From a virus (taxonomy: Duplodnaviria > Caudoviricetes): a stretch of DNA of 35,011 nucleotides. A program made the position numbers and the translations under genes. Shown here one piece after another: positions 33,529-35,011 of this stretch. Under the pieces are notes generated by a model. It did no database searches and was not told the origin of the DNA. It saw only the letters and a program-made list of their open reading frames with translations. Position 1 is the first letter of the stretch. Each line of letters starts with the position of its first letter. The stretch covers positions 1 to 35,011 of IMG/VR virus record IMGVR_UViG_3300032314_000157, one strand, 5' to 3'.

Positions 33529-34061
33529 ACCACCACCAAGGCCAAGACCCAGCCGACTCAATCTTGGCATCCTACACGCCAAATATGGCCGACCATATCG
33601 ACACCCTTGAAGATCGTGTGAAGGAGCGACTCGCCCAGATGAAGGCGATGAACCCAGCGATTGACCTAGACCAGCTTGCAAAGCTGACGGCAGAGGTTGT
33701 GGAGCAGACAATCAAGCACGAAGGCGATTCCCAAATGTTGAGGCATAGGCGGGACGATACCTTGGACGAGGCACTACTAGCCCTAGCATCGAACCGAAGC
33801 CCAGACAGCCTAACCTCAATCGCAAAGCGTTACATCAACCCAAGCACGGGCAAGCCTTATACCAGAGCCGCCATTTCGGCTCGCCTTACGGAGTTGAGCC
33901 AACGGACTGGCCTAGTTTTACGCATCCAACGGAGCGAAAGGGTGAGGCAGATTTACAAGGAACGAGCCTTGAGAGTTCACAAAAAGAGGCGTGAAGAATG
34001 CCCAAAATGGAACAAGGAAGCGTGGGAAAAAGGCATAAAAAAGCGAGGGAAAAAACGGTGA
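33525..34061 (+). CDS. HTH-like DNA-binding protein
   Basis: SLTSIAKR...TRAAISAR; basic tail. Confidence 0.5.
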   Translation: MNHHQGQDPADSILASYTPNMADHIDTLEDRVKERLAQMKAMNPAIDLDQLAKLTAEVVEQTIKHEGDSQMLRHRRDDTLDEALLALASNRSPDSLTSIAKRYINPSTGKPYTRAAISARLTELSQRTGLVLRIQRSERVRQIYKERALRVHKKRREECPKWNKEAWEKGIKKRGKKR

Positions 34062-34348
34062 CAACTGGGTCAAAAGTGGTGTGCGTGGACGACAGATTTC
34101 CACCCGACATCCTAGCCTTTTACAACGCCCTTCCCACCAAGGATAGGCAGTACACAATAAGGGGCATAGGCATAGGGGTAGGCTTGAACGGAGAGGCAGG
34201 GGAGGTGGTGGTCTATTTAGAGGGGCTAGAGAACCCCTGTTCATCTGTCCCGCCCTACCCGGAGCGAGGCTTTGCCCAGCATAGATTTCGAGAGATAGAA
34301 CCACCCGCAGAGGTCGAGGCCGAGGAGTTGGCCGAGGCTTACGCATAA
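34058..34348 (+). CDS. Hypothetical small beta protein (GTG start)
   Basis: GSKVVCVDD...YTIR...RFR pattern; GTGA overlap. Confidence 0.5.
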   Translation: MTTGSKVVCVDDRFPPDILAFYNALPTKDRQYTIRGIGIGVGLNGEAGEVVVYLEGLENPCSSVPPYPERGFAQHRFREIEPPAEVEAEELAEAYA

Positions 34349-34366
34349 CCAAAAGGACATCCCAAA

Positions 34367-34840
34367 ATGAGCGAAAAACAGATCGGAATGGAGCTACAAA
34401 AGACAGTCAAGCAGTTAGAAAAGGCCAAGGAAAATGCCATACAACAGATGGGGGAGGCGATAGGGCTGGCGGCAGACGCTGGCGATCTGCTCCTATCAGC
34501 AAGGGTGGAGGGGCTAGACCTAGAAGCCATCCAAGAGTATGCCCAAATAAACGGTGAGCAAGCTAGGCGGTATGAGCGTGTAGCAAAGGCAAGGCCAAGC
34601 CTACAAGCCCCTACCCCCGGTGGCCTCAAGCAGTTAGCCTTATGGACTGGGCTACTACCCGACCCCATTGAGACCTCGAACCCAAAGGCCGAGCAAGCGT
34701 GGCATAGCTACATAATCAAAGCCCGCCAATGGCTTGCCCGCAAGACCCCTAGCCAATGGACACCCGCCCAGCGTACCCAGTTCCTTGAGGAAGCCCGCCC
34801 TATCGTTGAGGCTTATAGGGAGGCAGGGGGGGAGCTATGA
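34367..34840 (+). CDS. DUF3102-like protein
   Basis: A..AGDLLLSAR...QARRYERVA. Confidence 0.5.
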   Translation: MSEKQIGMELQKTVKQLEKAKENAIQQMGEAIGLAADAGDLLLSARVEGLDLEAIQEYAQINGEQARRYERVAKARPSLQAPTPGGLKQLALWTGLLPDPIETSNPKAEQAWHSYIIKARQWLARKTPSQWTPAQRTQFLEEARPIVEAYREAGGEL

Positions 34841-34855
34841 CAAAAGCGATATGCC

Positions 34856-34932
34856 ACTTACGCAAGTTTTTACACAAGGCACAAGTGCGACTTACGCAAG
34901 CAGGGTCGTTGATTATAGGGTACTTACGCAAG
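34856..34932. repeat. Three copies of ACTTACGCAAG
   Basis: At 34856, 34890 and 34922 (periods 34 and 32 bp). Confidence 0.9.
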
Positions 34933-34968
34933 ATAGGGTCAATAGTGCGTGGTATCAACGAGTTAAGA

Positions 34969-35008
34969 GATTCCTATGCTGCCCAAACCCCCCAAAACAG
35001 GTTCCGAC
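34969..35008 (+). other. Lambda-like cosQ-cosN packaging site at right end
   Basis: GATTCCT, then 23 nt, then AGGTTCCGAC, joining to ACCGCG at position 9; same spacing as lambda GGGTCCT-23 nt-GGGCGGCGACCT-CGCG. Confidence 0.6.
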
Positions 35009-35011
35009 AGA

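Noticed and set aside
246-34668. Minus-strand ORFs in the track
   Set aside because: All lie antisense to well-supported + strand genes and show no recognisable motifs.
34856-34932. Mini CRISPR array
   Set aside because: Repeats are only 11 bp with 21-23 nt spacers, and there are no cas genes; better explained as protein-binding sites near cos.

Overview
The window looks like a complete or near-complete ~35 kb genome of a lambda-like long-tailed dsDNA phage (siphovirus). All credible genes are on the + strand. Gene order: end nuclease, ParB-like, TerS, HNH, GpA-type TerL, gpW-like, lambda-type portal, head cargo protein, prohead protease/scaffold, decoration protein, major capsid, two glycosyltransferases, neck/tail genes with a G/GT-type -1 frameshift and a short tape measure, a holin/spanin/M15 endolysin cassette, then an early/replication block (minimal ligase, nuclease, annealing protein, initiator with iterons, DnaC-like loader, HTH proteins, 3D-domain protein). 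I saw no integrase, tRNA or CRISPR array. Both ends carry probable Illumina adapter remnants, and the joined ends resemble lambda cosQ-cosN. Spanins imply a diderm host; a PVC-type host is only a guess. The most unusual feature is a modular head-cargo locus at 5175-9097. Two AT-rich cassettes, an HExxH zincin fused to the portal and a JAB/MPN-like domain fused to the next gene, each start with the identical 16-aa tag DCGTGAGGFKEGNTCA, and all 7 nucleotide differences between the tags are synonymous. Two recurrent gene-start motifs also stand out: TTGACA-N14-17-ATG and GAAATCCT. All family assignments come from motif recognition by eye, not database searches.
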